Positions 20,299 to 29,092 of a stretch of DNA of 64,000 nucleotides are shown here, in pieces. The stretch lies in the IMG/VR virus record IMGVR_UViG_3300021387_001464, positions 32,001 to 96,000 of that record. One strand, 5' to 3'. The stretch is from a virus. Its lineage: Duplodnaviria > Caudoviricetes. The position numbers were made by a program, and so were the translations under genes. The notes below the pieces were generated by a model. That model was not told where the DNA came from. It was given only the letters and a program-made list of their open reading frames with translations, and ran no database searches. Every line of letters starts with the position of its first letter. Position 1 is the first letter of the stretch.

Positions 20299-21534
20299 AT
20301 GAGAACAAACGAGATTTCTATCGACGTGCAGGGCTTCAAGAAAGTCCTCGACATGGTGAAGGGCTGCGTGCCCTCGAAACCCACAATGCCTATCCTCGCC
20401 AACGTGAAGCTGGACTGGGACAAGGCTACTGGCAAGTTCTACCTCTCTGCCTCCAATGGCGATCAGTATCTGACCGTGGAGTGTGCCGAGCGCCGCAAGG
20501 TGGACGACGGCATTCAGATCGAGGCTTGTGTTCACATGCTGAAGGAAGACCCCAAGGAGCACTGGCAGCCCGTCTGTCTGCCCTTTGCCGCCCTGCGTGA
20601 GATGTTCGCCCTGCTGCCCGCCGCCCGCCGCTGTCTGGTGCAGTTGGAGGAGAAGGACGATGTGCGCAAGATGAAGATTGACTATCAGGAAGGCAAGACG
20701 TCGCTGCCTTACGATGCCGCCGACGAGTTCCCCGTGCCTCCCGCAGTGGAAGCCGAGAAGTGTCGCTTCCAGACCGATGCCGCCCCACTGCTCACCGCCG
20801 TGCGCAGTGCCAAGACCTGTTCTGCTGACGACGAGTTGCGTCCCGTGATGAACTCGGTGTGTCTCGACTGCTTCATTGACAGCATCGTAGTCGTAGCCTC
20901 CGACGGTCATACTATGTATAAGCAGGTGCTCGAAACGCCAGGCTACATGCAGCAGGTAGGCTTCCCCGCCGATGGCAGCACCCGTCTGCTGTTGCCCAAG
21001 CAGGCTATGTCGAGCGTTGTCAGTGCCCTCGACAAGAGCGAGCGCATCACTGTCACTGCCGACTCGCAGCGCATGCAGTTCTCTACCGACGGCGTGACAC
21101 TCATCACCCGCTGCATCGAGGGCAACTACCCCAACTACGAGGCCGTCATCCCCAAGGACAATCCTTATAAGGTATCTATGAGTCGTGACACCCTGCGCAT
21201 GGCTCTGCGCCGTGTCGGTCTGTCGGCCAACACATCGAGCAACATGGCTACCCTCTCTTTCGCGACCGACGCCTTCGTGGTGGCTGCCGATGACTACGAG
21301 TTCTCCCGCGAGGGCTCTGAGCGTGTGCCCATCCAGCAGAACGACGCCTTCCTGCCTGCCGATTTCAAGATAGGCATCAAGATCAGCAGCACCCTCGACC
21401 TGCTCGACCTGCTCGACGAAGACAGCATCCAGTTGTTCCTCTCCGACCCCAGCCGTGCCATCCTGCTGAAGAACGAGTCGCCCACGCTGCAAGGCAAGAC
21501 GCTCCTGCAGATGCCGATGTTGGTAAATCAGTAA
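20299..21534 (+). CDS. dnaN: DNA polymerase III beta sliding clamp
   Basis: PILAN, DELRPVMNSV, VASDGH, IEGNYPNYEAVIP, terminal QMPM. Confidence 0.9.
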   Translation: MRTNEISIDVQGFKKVLDMVKGCVPSKPTMPILANVKLDWDKATGKFYLSASNGDQYLTVECAERRKVDDGIQIEACVHMLKEDPKEHWQPVCLPFAALREMFALLPAARRCLVQLEEKDDVRKMKIDYQEGKTSLPYDAADEFPVPPAVEAEKCRFQTDAAPLLTAVRSAKTCSADDELRPVMNSVCLDCFIDSIVVVASDGHTMYKQVLETPGYMQQVGFPADGSTRLLLPKQAMSSVVSALDKSERITVTADSQRMQFSTDGVTLITRCIEGNYPNYEAVIPKDNPYKVSMSRDTLRMALRRVGLSANTSSNMATLSFATDAFVVAADDYEFSREGSERVPIQQNDAFLPADFKIGIKISSTLDLLDLLDEDSIQLFLSDPSRAILLKNESPTLQGKTLLQMPMLVNQ

Positions 21535-21764
21535 GTTTTTAACGACCACGGATTACGCGGATTGACACGGATTATAGCCCGCCCAAAGAAGAACAAAGGT
21601 CGTCGCTTGTTGCTCCTCAAAATCCAAACAAAATCTATTTTGAAAATCGCAATGTACCTTGAAGGATTTTGAACAAAGATTTTTGGAAGATTTTAAGCCC
21701 ACAAGGGCGCCCAAAAGAATCCGTGAAATCCGTGCCATCCGTGTTCAAAAAAGAAAAAGCAATT

Positions 21765-22163
21765 ATGAAATGTGATAAGATTTATATTTCAGGCCCTATC
21801 AGCAGCCGACCGCTGGGCGTGGCTATCAACCACTTCATGCTGGCGGAAGCCAAGTTGCAGGCGCAAGGCTACCGCACTTGCAATCCGCTGAAGATGCGCC
21901 TTTGCGTGTGGCTGGCTCAGCACGGCCACTACCGCCTCTGTCTCTGGATTCAGCTGTTGTGGATGTCGGCCACGTGTCAGTGCATCTATTTGCTGGACGG
22001 GTGGCACACGTCCGACGGCGCAAGGGCAGAGCGTGCCGTGGCGCGAGTGATGGGCATGACCGCCCTCTACGAGAAGCAGCGTAGAGCTCCCAGTAATATA
22101 CCAGCACCGACCCACGTGCTGACACCTGAGAAGAAAACGAGTAAGAAACATAAAAAGAACTAA
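21765..22163 (+). CDS. DUF4406 (nucleoside deoxyribosyltransferase-like fold) protein
   Basis: KIYISGPIS...NP...IYLLDGW..S.GA..E. Confidence 0.8.
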   Translation: MKCDKIYISGPISSRPLGVAINHFMLAEAKLQAQGYRTCNPLKMRLCVWLAQHGHYRLCLWIQLLWMSATCQCIYLLDGWHTSDGARAERAVARVMGMTALYEKQRRAPSNIPAPTHVLTPEKKTSKKHKKN

Positions 22164-22169
22164 GGCGAT

Positions 22170-22652
22170 ATGGGAATGATTGACCAAATGAAGTATGCCA
22201 AGATACTGTATCTGGCAGACGTGTTGGAGGATATTCAGAACGACATGAGCAGGGACTACCGCTGCCACAACTACGCCGAAAGCATCAGCGACATTGTGAA
22301 AAGGCTACGAGAGACGATAGCCGTTACCGATGCGCAGGGCGAAATGAAGTGCGAGGACTTTGAAATCAGGCGCATGGAGTACCGCAGGAAGATTTGCGTG
22401 TTGGATGTACCAATCGAGGGAATAGACGATATGGAGAAATACATCCGTCGTGACGTAGAAAATAGCCTACTGCACGAAATCGCAGAAAAGAAACTGATAG
22501 ATGTCCGCAGGCATGAGGATCGTGACAACAACATGTTGATATTTACGGCATCGTTGATAGTCGGGGTAAGCAAACAGCCATACGTCCCGCAAGAGACACC
22601 GCCGACATTCGTTGACAATTTGGCAAAGTATTTAGAAGAGACCAGACAATAG
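22170..22652 (+). CDS. Hypothetical protein
   Basis: 160-aa ORF. Confidence 0.65.
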   Translation: MGMIDQMKYAKILYLADVLEDIQNDMSRDYRCHNYAESISDIVKRLRETIAVTDAQGEMKCEDFEIRRMEYRRKICVLDVPIEGIDDMEKYIRRDVENSLLHEIAEKKLIDVRRHEDRDNNMLIFTASLIVGVSKQPYVPQETPPTFVDNLAKYLEETRQ

Positions 22653-22753
22653 TAATAACCAATTAAAAACATTTGCGATTATGAGATTTAGAGCCCCTTG
22701 ATAAGGGGCGGCTATAATGCAGGGATTTATATCAACATTAAAAAGTAATTATT

Positions 22754-23326
22754 ATGAGATCAAGAACAGCACAATGGTTTGAGTGCAAAATCAAGTATGA
22801 GAAGGTGATGGAGGACGGGCTGCAGAAGCAGGTCGTGGAGCAGTACGTGGTTGACGCCCTGTCGTTTGCAGAGGCGGAGCAGCGCATCATCGAAGAGATG
22901 TCGCAGTACATCAGCGGCGAGTTTGAGGTGACGGACGTGAAGAAGGCGGCCTACAAGGAAGTGTTCTTCATGCAGGACGGCGAGAAGATCCTGTCGCACG
23001 AGACGGAGAAGCTGAGCCGTGCCATGAACAAGGGCAGGGAGGCCGCTATGGAGCAGTACAACAAGCCGATGGACTGGAATCCGAACAATGCTGACACCCG
23101 CTGGTACAAGGCGAAGCTACAGTTTATCACCATCGACGAGCGGACGGAGAAAAAGAAGCGTACCAACGTGACGTATCTGGTGCAGGCTTGCTCGCTGCAC
23201 AATGCGCTCGACAACATCGACACGGTGATGAAGGGCACAATGATTGACTATGTGCAAGCCAACGTCGGCGAGACACAGCTGGTGGACGTGTTCGAGTACA
23301 GCAAAGGCAATGAAGTCGAGGAGTAA
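22754..23326 (+). CDS. DUF4494-family protein, copy 2
   Basis: Near-identical to 7573-8190, with an internal insertion and a shorter C-terminus. Confidence 0.85.
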   Translation: MRSRTAQWFECKIKYEKVMEDGLQKQVVEQYVVDALSFAEAEQRIIEEMSQYISGEFEVTDVKKAAYKEVFFMQDGEKILSHETEKLSRAMNKGREAAMEQYNKPMDWNPNNADTRWYKAKLQFITIDERTEKKKRTNVTYLVQACSLHNALDNIDTVMKGTMIDYVQANVGETQLVDVFEYSKGNEVEE

Positions 23327-23363
23327 GTTTTAACGACCACGGATTACACGGATTTCACGGATT

Positions 23364-23555
23364 ATGGATTGCTACATGGGTATTCACGTCGCACTTGGTA
23401 AGAGCGACATTATTACAGACTGCAAATATTGCCGCAAGACCGACCGCAAAGGGTTTGGTCTTGACTATGCCTACGGCTATGAGTGTCGCATCAAGTCAGA
23501 GAAGCGCAACTGTAACCGATGCCGTTATTGCTACTTTGGCCGCAGACGGTGGTAA
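23364..23555 (+). CDS. Small Cys-rich protein flanked by inverted 9-mer arrays
   Basis: CKYC...C...CNRCRYC. Confidence 0.55.
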   Translation: MDCYMGIHVALGKSDIITDCKYCRKTDRKGFGLDYAYGYECRIKSEKRNCNRCRYCYFGRRRW

Positions 23556-23618
23556 TCCGTTAAATCCGTGTAATCTGTGTTCAAAAAAAATAATTAGTGG
23601 TTAAAAAGGAATACGACA

Positions 23619-23948
23619 ATGAGACAACTATCAGAAATTAAAAAGGACATTGAGGTGATCGACGGAAAGATTGCCGCATTGAAGGAGCAGCGCAGAGTGC
23701 TGGCCAACGAGGGCATGGAGCGCATGTTTGCCGACTTCTGCGAGAAGTACGGCGTGAAGAAGGGCGATGTGGTGCATACCGACCGCTACGGCGACATGAT
23801 GGTGTGCGGCATCGACGCCCGATGGGGCGACTGGATTCAGATTCGCAAAATCAAGAAGGACGGCCAGCCGTACTGTGTCACCAACGTGCAGTCGCAGAGT
23901 GTGTTTGAAGGCTGCAAGGTTATCGGACATATTGATATGGAGGACTGA
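23619..23948 (+). CDS. Hypothetical protein
   Basis: 109-aa ORF after the conserved leader. Confidence 0.65.
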   Translation: MRQLSEIKKDIEVIDGKIAALKEQRRVLANEGMERMFADFCEKYGVKKGDVVHTDRYGDMMVCGIDARWGDWIQIRKIKKDGQPYCVTNVQSQSVFEGCKVIGHIDMED

Positions 23949-23950
23949 CA

Positions 23951-24352
23951 ATGCAAGCATTTACTATCAAGACAAACAAGAGCGACTATCCATTCCTGGT
24001 GATAGCCGACGGTTTCAAGAGCGCAGTCGAGGTGTTGTATCAGAAAGGCATCTACGACACCGACATCGTTTCCGTGCAGCAGATGGAGTCTGTCAAAAGC
24101 GACCATATCCTCATTGAAGAGCGGCTGACCGACAAGGAAGTTCTCAGGGAGGAAGTGCGCCGTGAGTTGCAAGAGACTATGCCGAAATGGATGCCAGAGC
24201 CTGCTGGAGCGGCAGGCGGTGCCGACCGCGACATCTACCTGATAAGAACGTCAAAGGGGCATTACTTCACGTCATCGTGCATCGGTGGCAATAACCACTA
24301 CCTTGTGCTTGACGCATTGGAGCAACTGCCAGGATTGCCAAAGCAAGACTAA
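23951..24352 (+). CDS. Hypothetical protein
   Basis: 133-aa ORF. Confidence 0.65.
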   Translation: MQAFTIKTNKSDYPFLVIADGFKSAVEVLYQKGIYDTDIVSVQQMESVKSDHILIEERLTDKEVLREEVRRELQETMPKWMPEPAGAAGGADRDIYLIRTSKGHYFTSSCIGGNNHYLVLDALEQLPGLPKQD

Positions 24353-24397
24353 TTCACGCCGCAAGGCATAGTATTAACAATCAAAATTCAAACGACA

Positions 24398-24871
24398 ATG
24401 CAAAACTTTGATGAATTGGCTGAGAGGTATCTCGGCCTGGTGGAGAAACAAAAAGAGAGTGAGGGCAAGGCTGTGGACAGCTTTACCCATGGTGACATGG
24501 AGACGTGCTTTGTGTCAGGGGCACAGTCGATGGAGCAGTTGCAGGAGGGCTGCGAGGGCACCTTTGGGCAGGCCATCGGCTCGCTGAAGCACGGCTTTCT
24601 GGTGCGTCGCAAGGGCTGGAACGGCAAGGGCATGTTCCTCTTCATGCGTCCGTGGGACTCGCTGAAGGACGGGTTTATCATCGACACGGTGAAGTCGCTG
24701 CCCTACAACTTCAAGGAGTGGGTCAAGGCACACCCCAACGCCGAGGGTGAGCGGTTCTTCGACCAGTACATCTGCATGAAGGCCGCCGACGGCACGATAG
24801 TGAACGGCTGGAATGCCACACAGGTGGACATGCTCTCCGAGGACTGGGTGCTGGTGGACCCCAACGAGTAA
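24398..24871 (+). CDS. DUF2829/Tad2-like protein (candidate anti-defence nucleotide sponge)
   Basis: FGQAI..LK.G..V.RKGWNGKGMFLF...W..TQ.DML.EDW. Confidence 0.78.
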   Translation: MQNFDELAERYLGLVEKQKESEGKAVDSFTHGDMETCFVSGAQSMEQLQEGCEGTFGQAIGSLKHGFLVRRKGWNGKGMFLFMRPWDSLKDGFIIDTVKSLPYNFKEWVKAHPNAEGERFFDQYICMKAADGTIVNGWNATQVDMLSEDWVLVDPNE

Positions 24872-24974
24872 GCCCACACAGCCACCGACCCCGCAGGGCG
24901 ACCGCCCCTGCGGGGGATTGGAAAACGAACCACTAATTTCACGAATTAAACGAATAAAATTATCAAAAGGAATT

Positions 24975-25136
24975 ATGAAAATTGTAAGATTTGACGAAAA
25001 AGGAAATTGTCAGTTTGTATATTTCAACTGGCGCAAGTTTAAGTTTGAAACATCGTGCTGGGCAAACAATATCAGCGGATTGTTTGGTAAGAACAACAAC
25101 AAGAAGCATTTGATTATAGGACTTCACAATATGTAG
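24975..25136 (+). CDS. Hypothetical protein (53 aa)
   Basis: ATG 24975 after AAAGGAATT. Confidence 0.45.
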   Translation: MKIVRFDEKGNCQFVYFNWRKFKFETSCWANNISGLFGKNNNKKHLIIGLHNM

Positions 25137-25291
25137 GAGACGAAACTATGGCAGAAGGTTATAGCATTGATTTTGGTAGGTTCGTATTGGGTTGTTGCAA
25201 GACATACACAACCTACGGCAAGTGCAAGACTAAGGAAGGAACGATTTATCAGTTCTGGAAGTTATACATTTGGATAAAGGAGGACTGATAT

Positions 25292-25510
25292 ATGAAGATA
25301 GAGATTGACATTGTGCCCGAGAAGTTGGTGACAAAGCAGGGCGAAGTAAAGTTTGACCCTTCCAACGTCACCTGTGCAGTATGTGGTAAGAAGATGCGAT
25401 TGAACGGGATGAACAACGACGGACAGGACTACGATTTTCACTATGTCTGTCCTGACTGCGACACCGACACCCGCATTTGGGCGAGACAACTGCACGGCTT
25501 TATAGACTGA
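25292..25510 (+). CDS. Small Zn-ribbon protein
   Basis: CAVC...CPDC. Confidence 0.65.
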   Translation: MKIEIDIVPEKLVTKQGEVKFDPSNVTCAVCGKKMRLNGMNNDGQDYDFHYVCPDCDTDTRIWARQLHGFID

Positions 25511-25521
25511 ACGAAACGGCT

Positions 25522-25692
25522 ATGGAACACCTAACCCTACCACCCGATGTATTGGCAACAGTGCCAATAACCGACATTCGGCATACGCTCAGCGAGATAG
25601 ACAAGCACCGCCATGTTCATGCTATCATGAGAATGTCAGACAAGCAGCGGAGCCAATACTCTAACGAGTACAACCGAACCCATAAAAAGTAA
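25522..25692 (+). CDS. Hypothetical protein
   Basis: 56-aa ORF from ATG 25522. Confidence 0.45.
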   Translation: MEHLTLPPDVLATVPITDIRHTLSEIDKHRHVHAIMRMSDKQRSQYSNEYNRTHKK

Positions 25693-25697
25693 AACAA

Positions 25698-25842
25698 GGA
25701 TGCCTCTGAAAGCGTCGCAGAATAGAGCAACGGCGCATGGATTGTTAGTCAGGCCAAAAAGAAAGCCCCACGGGAACCAGCAACGGCCTACGGTTTGAAA
25801 ATCTTCGCAAGAGCGGTGGTGCGATACCACCCAGAGGCTCCA
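25698..25842 (+). ncRNA. Candidate tRNA-like structured RNA
   Basis: 5' GGATGCCTCTG pairs with 3' CAGAGGCTCC(A); the 3' strand is preceded by a T-arm-like GGTGG-TGCGATA-CCACC. Confidence 0.35.
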
Positions 25843-25856
25843 CAAAACGAAACAAT

Positions 25857-26258
25857 ATGCCACAGCAACTTGAATTATTCAGAACACCACCAAAGCCAAC
25901 AAAGCAAGTGGTGAACACAGAGAGAGCGAAATCCATGCCACCGTATGACCCTAACGCTTTTCACCACATCTACGAAATCAAGGAGAACGGCGAAAGGGAA
26001 TGGGTGGACAGTTACACGTCGAAGTTCAGCGTGAAATATGCGATGGAGATATTCTATTGCAATCAGAAGCACAGGAGTTCATTCGACTTGAGCAACATAA
26101 GGGAAGCTCAGCGGGCTATCAAGGTGAGCGAATCAATGCGCTCGGTGACATTGGAACTTAACGGGCATCTGTATATCTGTACGAGCAAGCCCGGCAAATC
26201 AGTCGTTGAAGGGAAAAACGGCAGCAAGTTCGATTATGAGCCTTGGCGACCTGAGTAA
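25857..26258 (+). CDS. Hypothetical protein
   Basis: 133-aa ORF; N-terminal QLELF resembles a clamp-binding motif. Confidence 0.6.
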   Translation: MPQQLELFRTPPKPTKQVVNTERAKSMPPYDPNAFHHIYEIKENGEREWVDSYTSKFSVKYAMEIFYCNQKHRSSFDLSNIREAQRAIKVSESMRSVTLELNGHLYICTSKPGKSVVEGKNGSKFDYEPWRPE

Positions 26259-26324
26259 ATCCGTAAAATCCGTGAAATCCGTGGTCAGCCCTCACTCCTC
26301 AGACATCAGCCATCTGAAAAAGTC

Positions 26325-26359
26325 TGTCCCACTTTCGCCAGCGCGATGTATTACCTTCG
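26325..26359 (+). promoter_or_regulatory. Putative promoter TGTCCC-N21-TACCTTCG
   Basis: Variant of the six-site motif with the same spacing. Confidence 0.5.
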
Positions 26360-26428
26360 TACCGGCAAACAATGTCCGCAAGGACTGATGCAAAATTCGT
26401 AAATTTGCCTACGAAATGAAAAAACAAG

Positions 26429-26483
26429 AGTGCTTGCACTTTTTCCAAAAAGTGCTTGCACAATCTGGAAAGAGTGCTTGCAC
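26429..26483. repeat. Three AGTGCTTGCAC units at 22-bp period upstream of the HU-like gene
   Basis: Copies start at 26429, 26451 and 26473. Confidence 0.85.
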
Positions 26484-26544
26484 TCCCTGAAAATGGCCAT
26501 AAGGCAAAATGTAACATATTTTTAATTTTTAAAACCAAAAGAAA

Positions 26545-27039
26545 ATGGCACAAATGACCATGAAAGTGCGTAAGGTGAACGCACAGAACCCCAAGACGCA
26601 GGCCAAAGGCTTTGCCGCCCGCGCCATCACCAATGGTAAGCAGTCGTTTGCAGACATCTGCGAACTGGCAGGACTGAACACCACGATGAACGTGGCTGAG
26701 CTGGAGGCTGCCGGCAAGCTGATTCTGCAGGCCGCTGCCCGTGAGTTGAAGAACGGCAAGATTGTGGACCTGGGTCCCATCGGCGCTATCTACCCTGCCG
26801 TGAGCGGCAAGTGGGCTGAGAAGGCGGAGGACTTGCAGAAGAGCGACCTGACGCTGAAGGTGAACTACCGTCCGAGCGACGAGATTGACGCTGCCATCAA
26901 GGGTGCCAAGCTGGCATGGGCAAGCGCCGAGGACGAGAAGAAGGAACAGGAGAACGGTGGCGAGAACACCACGACTGATCTTGACGAGGGCGGCAACACC
27001 GGCGGCGGCAACACCGGCGGAGGCTCGGACGAAGGCTAA
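26545..27039 (+). CDS. Bacteroidetes HU-domain DNA-binding protein
   Basis: EL.NGKIVDLGPIG.IYP...VNYRPS with an acidic Gly-rich tail. Confidence 0.8.
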   Translation: MAQMTMKVRKVNAQNPKTQAKGFAARAITNGKQSFADICELAGLNTTMNVAELEAAGKLILQAAARELKNGKIVDLGPIGAIYPAVSGKWAEKAEDLQKSDLTLKVNYRPSDEIDAAIKGAKLAWASAEDEKKEQENGGENTTTDLDEGGNTGGGNTGGGSDEG

Positions 27040-27256
27040 TGTCTGATGTCTGATGGCTGATGTCTGATGTAAGACGTCACCACCAAGGGACAAGCGGGGC
27101 TGCGCGGTATGTCCGCAGCGGACCAACATTCCCCACCTTACCATCGTCAGCGACAACGCTACGGCTGACACCCCGAGGGAATGCCGCGAGATGGGTAGCG
27201 CCATCCGCACCCCGCTCTTTTTTTTAGAACGACAACAAGATTTTTTAATAGGCGAT

Positions 27257-27499
27257 ATGAACACAATACTTATAGTTATACTGACGATAATGGCTATCAT
27301 CGTGCTGATTGCCATCTATGTTTCGGCATGGAAATGCGGCTGTCAGGCAGGCATCGAGTATGCAATGAAGTACAGCGTCAGCCGAACTGTTGACGAAATA
27401 CGCAAGGGTTTCGAGCAGATGGGCTACGGCAAAATATTCGACAAGGTAGTAGAGAACACGCTCAACATCGAGAAATTGGAACAATACAAGGAGGGCTGA
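27257..27499 (+). CDS. Hypothetical protein with N-terminal TM helix
   Basis: MNTILIVILTIMAIIVLIAIYV. Confidence 0.65.
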   Translation: MNTILIVILTIMAIIVLIAIYVSAWKCGCQAGIEYAMKYSVSRTVDEIRKGFEQMGYGKIFDKVVENTLNIEKLEQYKEG

Positions 27500-27502
27500 C
27501 GC

Positions 27503-27739
27503 ATGGGAGAAGAACTGATACCTGCCGGACTTGGCAAGCTATACATTGCGCCTGCTGGCGACATGAACCCCGAGCACTTGCATCCCATTGAACTGTACAG
27601 CGTGGCAATCGACTTAGGCGACGGAGAAAGCTATGCCAGCGAAAGCACATGGGGCAACAACGGCGGCAAGGGGTACTGCATCACGGGTACGCTGAAGCTG
27701 GAAAATAACAAGGAAACACGGAAAGCCTGCAAAAGTTGA
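27503..27739 (+). CDS. Hypothetical protein
   Basis: 78-aa ORF. Confidence 0.55.
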   Translation: MGEELIPAGLGKLYIAPAGDMNPEHLHPIELYSVAIDLGDGESYASESTWGNNGGKGYCITGTLKLENNKETRKACKS

Positions 27740-28017
27740 TGCGCGGACAAGGCCGACTTCCCCGCAAGGAAAAGAAGCGTATGCGTAACAGCATCATGCG
27801 GAACAAGCGGGCACTCATCTTCGTGCTCATCGCCACGATGATGGACTACGGCACTGCATTCAACGATGCCGCCGCTTTCATATTCGCAGGCAGACCGAGG
27901 ACAACCGACTGCGAAGATCACTCCATCATGCAGATTAACAATGCAGAGTGGCACGCGGTCGATACCCTCGTCCGCCATCTCTATAAGCATCGCGGCACAA
28001 TGCTGAAAAGGCTGTGA
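27736..28017 (+). CDS. Hypothetical protein
   Basis: 93-aa ORF. Confidence 0.5.
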   Translation: MMRGQGRLPRKEKKRMRNSIMRNKRALIFVLIATMMDYGTAFNDAAAFIFAGRPRTTDCEDHSIMQINNAEWHAVDTLVRHLYKHRGTMLKRL

Positions 28018-28116
28018 CAACGCAATCGCAATTTGTTCCCAGAGGTGTAAATCCGTTCAATCCGTGTAATCCGTGGTCAAAAATTCTCAAAAAACATCAA
28101 AAAAACAATAGGCGAT

Positions 28117-28503
28117 ATGAACAAATTCCAAAAGGGCGATATGGAAGAAATACAGGATGCTTGCAGCGAGGGCAAGGAATTTTACTTAGACAGCCCTGAT
28201 AGTGACCGTAGGGCGTTCTTCAAGTTTGGAGGAACGACTTATTTCATTACGCGGGATGGCAAGGTGCTCTCATCGCGAGGCGACGGGTATCGCGAGCACG
28301 AGATTGCGCAGTATAATGGCAAGGGTTATCGTCGTGTACGGCTACGTGGCAAGACATTCAAGGTTCACCGCCTGGTGGCCGAGGCATTCGTGCCCAACCC
28401 TGACAACTTGCCCTATGTGCTGCACATTGACGGGGACCGCGAGAATAACATCTGTAGAAACCTGGAGTGGTCCGCAAAGCAGAGCAACCACCATGGGAAG
28501 TGA
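28117..28503 (+). CDS. HNH endonuclease (NUMOD4/HNH_3-like)
   Basis: KVHRLVAEAFVPNPDNLPYVLHIDGDRENN...NLEW. Confidence 0.88.
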   Translation: MNKFQKGDMEEIQDACSEGKEFYLDSPDSDRRAFFKFGGTTYFITRDGKVLSSRGDGYREHEIAQYNGKGYRRVRLRGKTFKVHRLVAEAFVPNPDNLPYVLHIDGDRENNICRNLEWSAKQSNHHGK

Positions 28504-28575
28504 AAAGTGAAAAGTGAAAAGTGAAAAATTTCTTGCTTAGGCAAGCGTACTAAAGAAACGATTAGCTACCGCCGT

Positions 28576-28730
28576 ATGAGTTATGTCGATAAACCCATCA
28601 TCCTTGGCAGGTACAGCCCGAGTCAGAATGGCATAGTGGTAAGCCCACGCGGACCCGCACTCTGCCTTGCAGGGGGGGTAACGGACACGATACGGACAAG
28701 CCGAAAATACTGATAGAACATGAATTGTAA
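28576..28730 (+). pseudogene. TRD-like mini-gene A, frameshifted (OFF) at G7
   Basis: G7 28672-28678; G8 gives MSYVDKPIILGRYSPSQNGIVVSPRGPALCLAGGGNGHDTDKPKILIEHEL*. Confidence 0.75.
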
Positions 28731-28863
28731 AACAATGCTATTGAATCCACAGGGGGGGGTATGCCGCACCATCAAGTCACAGTATTACAAAAGCAGCGTG
28801 GCGAATTTCCTGCTGCAGACCACCAGAGGAGCAACGGCAGTATTGATAGAATATGAACTATAA
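28720..28863 (+). CDS. TRD-like mini-gene B, in frame (G8)
   Basis: MNCKTMLLNPQGGVCRTIKSQYYKSSVANFLLQTTRGATAVLIEYEL*; G8 28752-28759. Confidence 0.75.
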   Translation: MNCKTMLLNPQGGVCRTIKSQYYKSSVANFLLQTTRGATAVLIEYEL

Positions 28864-29078
28864 GCGCATACCGAAGCCAGCGAACCTGCGAGACCATACA
28901 CCGAGTATGGCCGAAGCATTGCCCTATATGATAGAGGCGTGCGGTTTGAGGGGGGGGGTGTTTGTTCGACTATCGCCACTTTGTGTACGACACCATCGAC
29001 GGATGCTACCCGTTCCCAGTGACCACAAGGATTCATGCCAGTAATCAGATTTGGCTATGCAAAGAAATAGAACTTTAA
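28853..29078 (+). pseudogene. TRD-like mini-gene C, OFF at G9
   Basis: G9 28950-28958; G8 gives ...LRGGCLFDYRHFVYDTIDGCYPFPVTTRIHASNQIWLCKEIEL*. Confidence 0.65.
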
Positions 29079-29092
29079 AACAAGATAAAAGA

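Noticed and set aside
20281-21549. Long minus-strand ORFs (20281-21549, 26299-27315, 42822-43814, 60407-61303)
   Set aside because: Antisense shadows of well-supported + strand genes, with no motifs of their own
25698-25842. Canonical tRNA gene
   Set aside because: No D or anticodon arm geometry, and too long; kept only as a tRNA-like candidate
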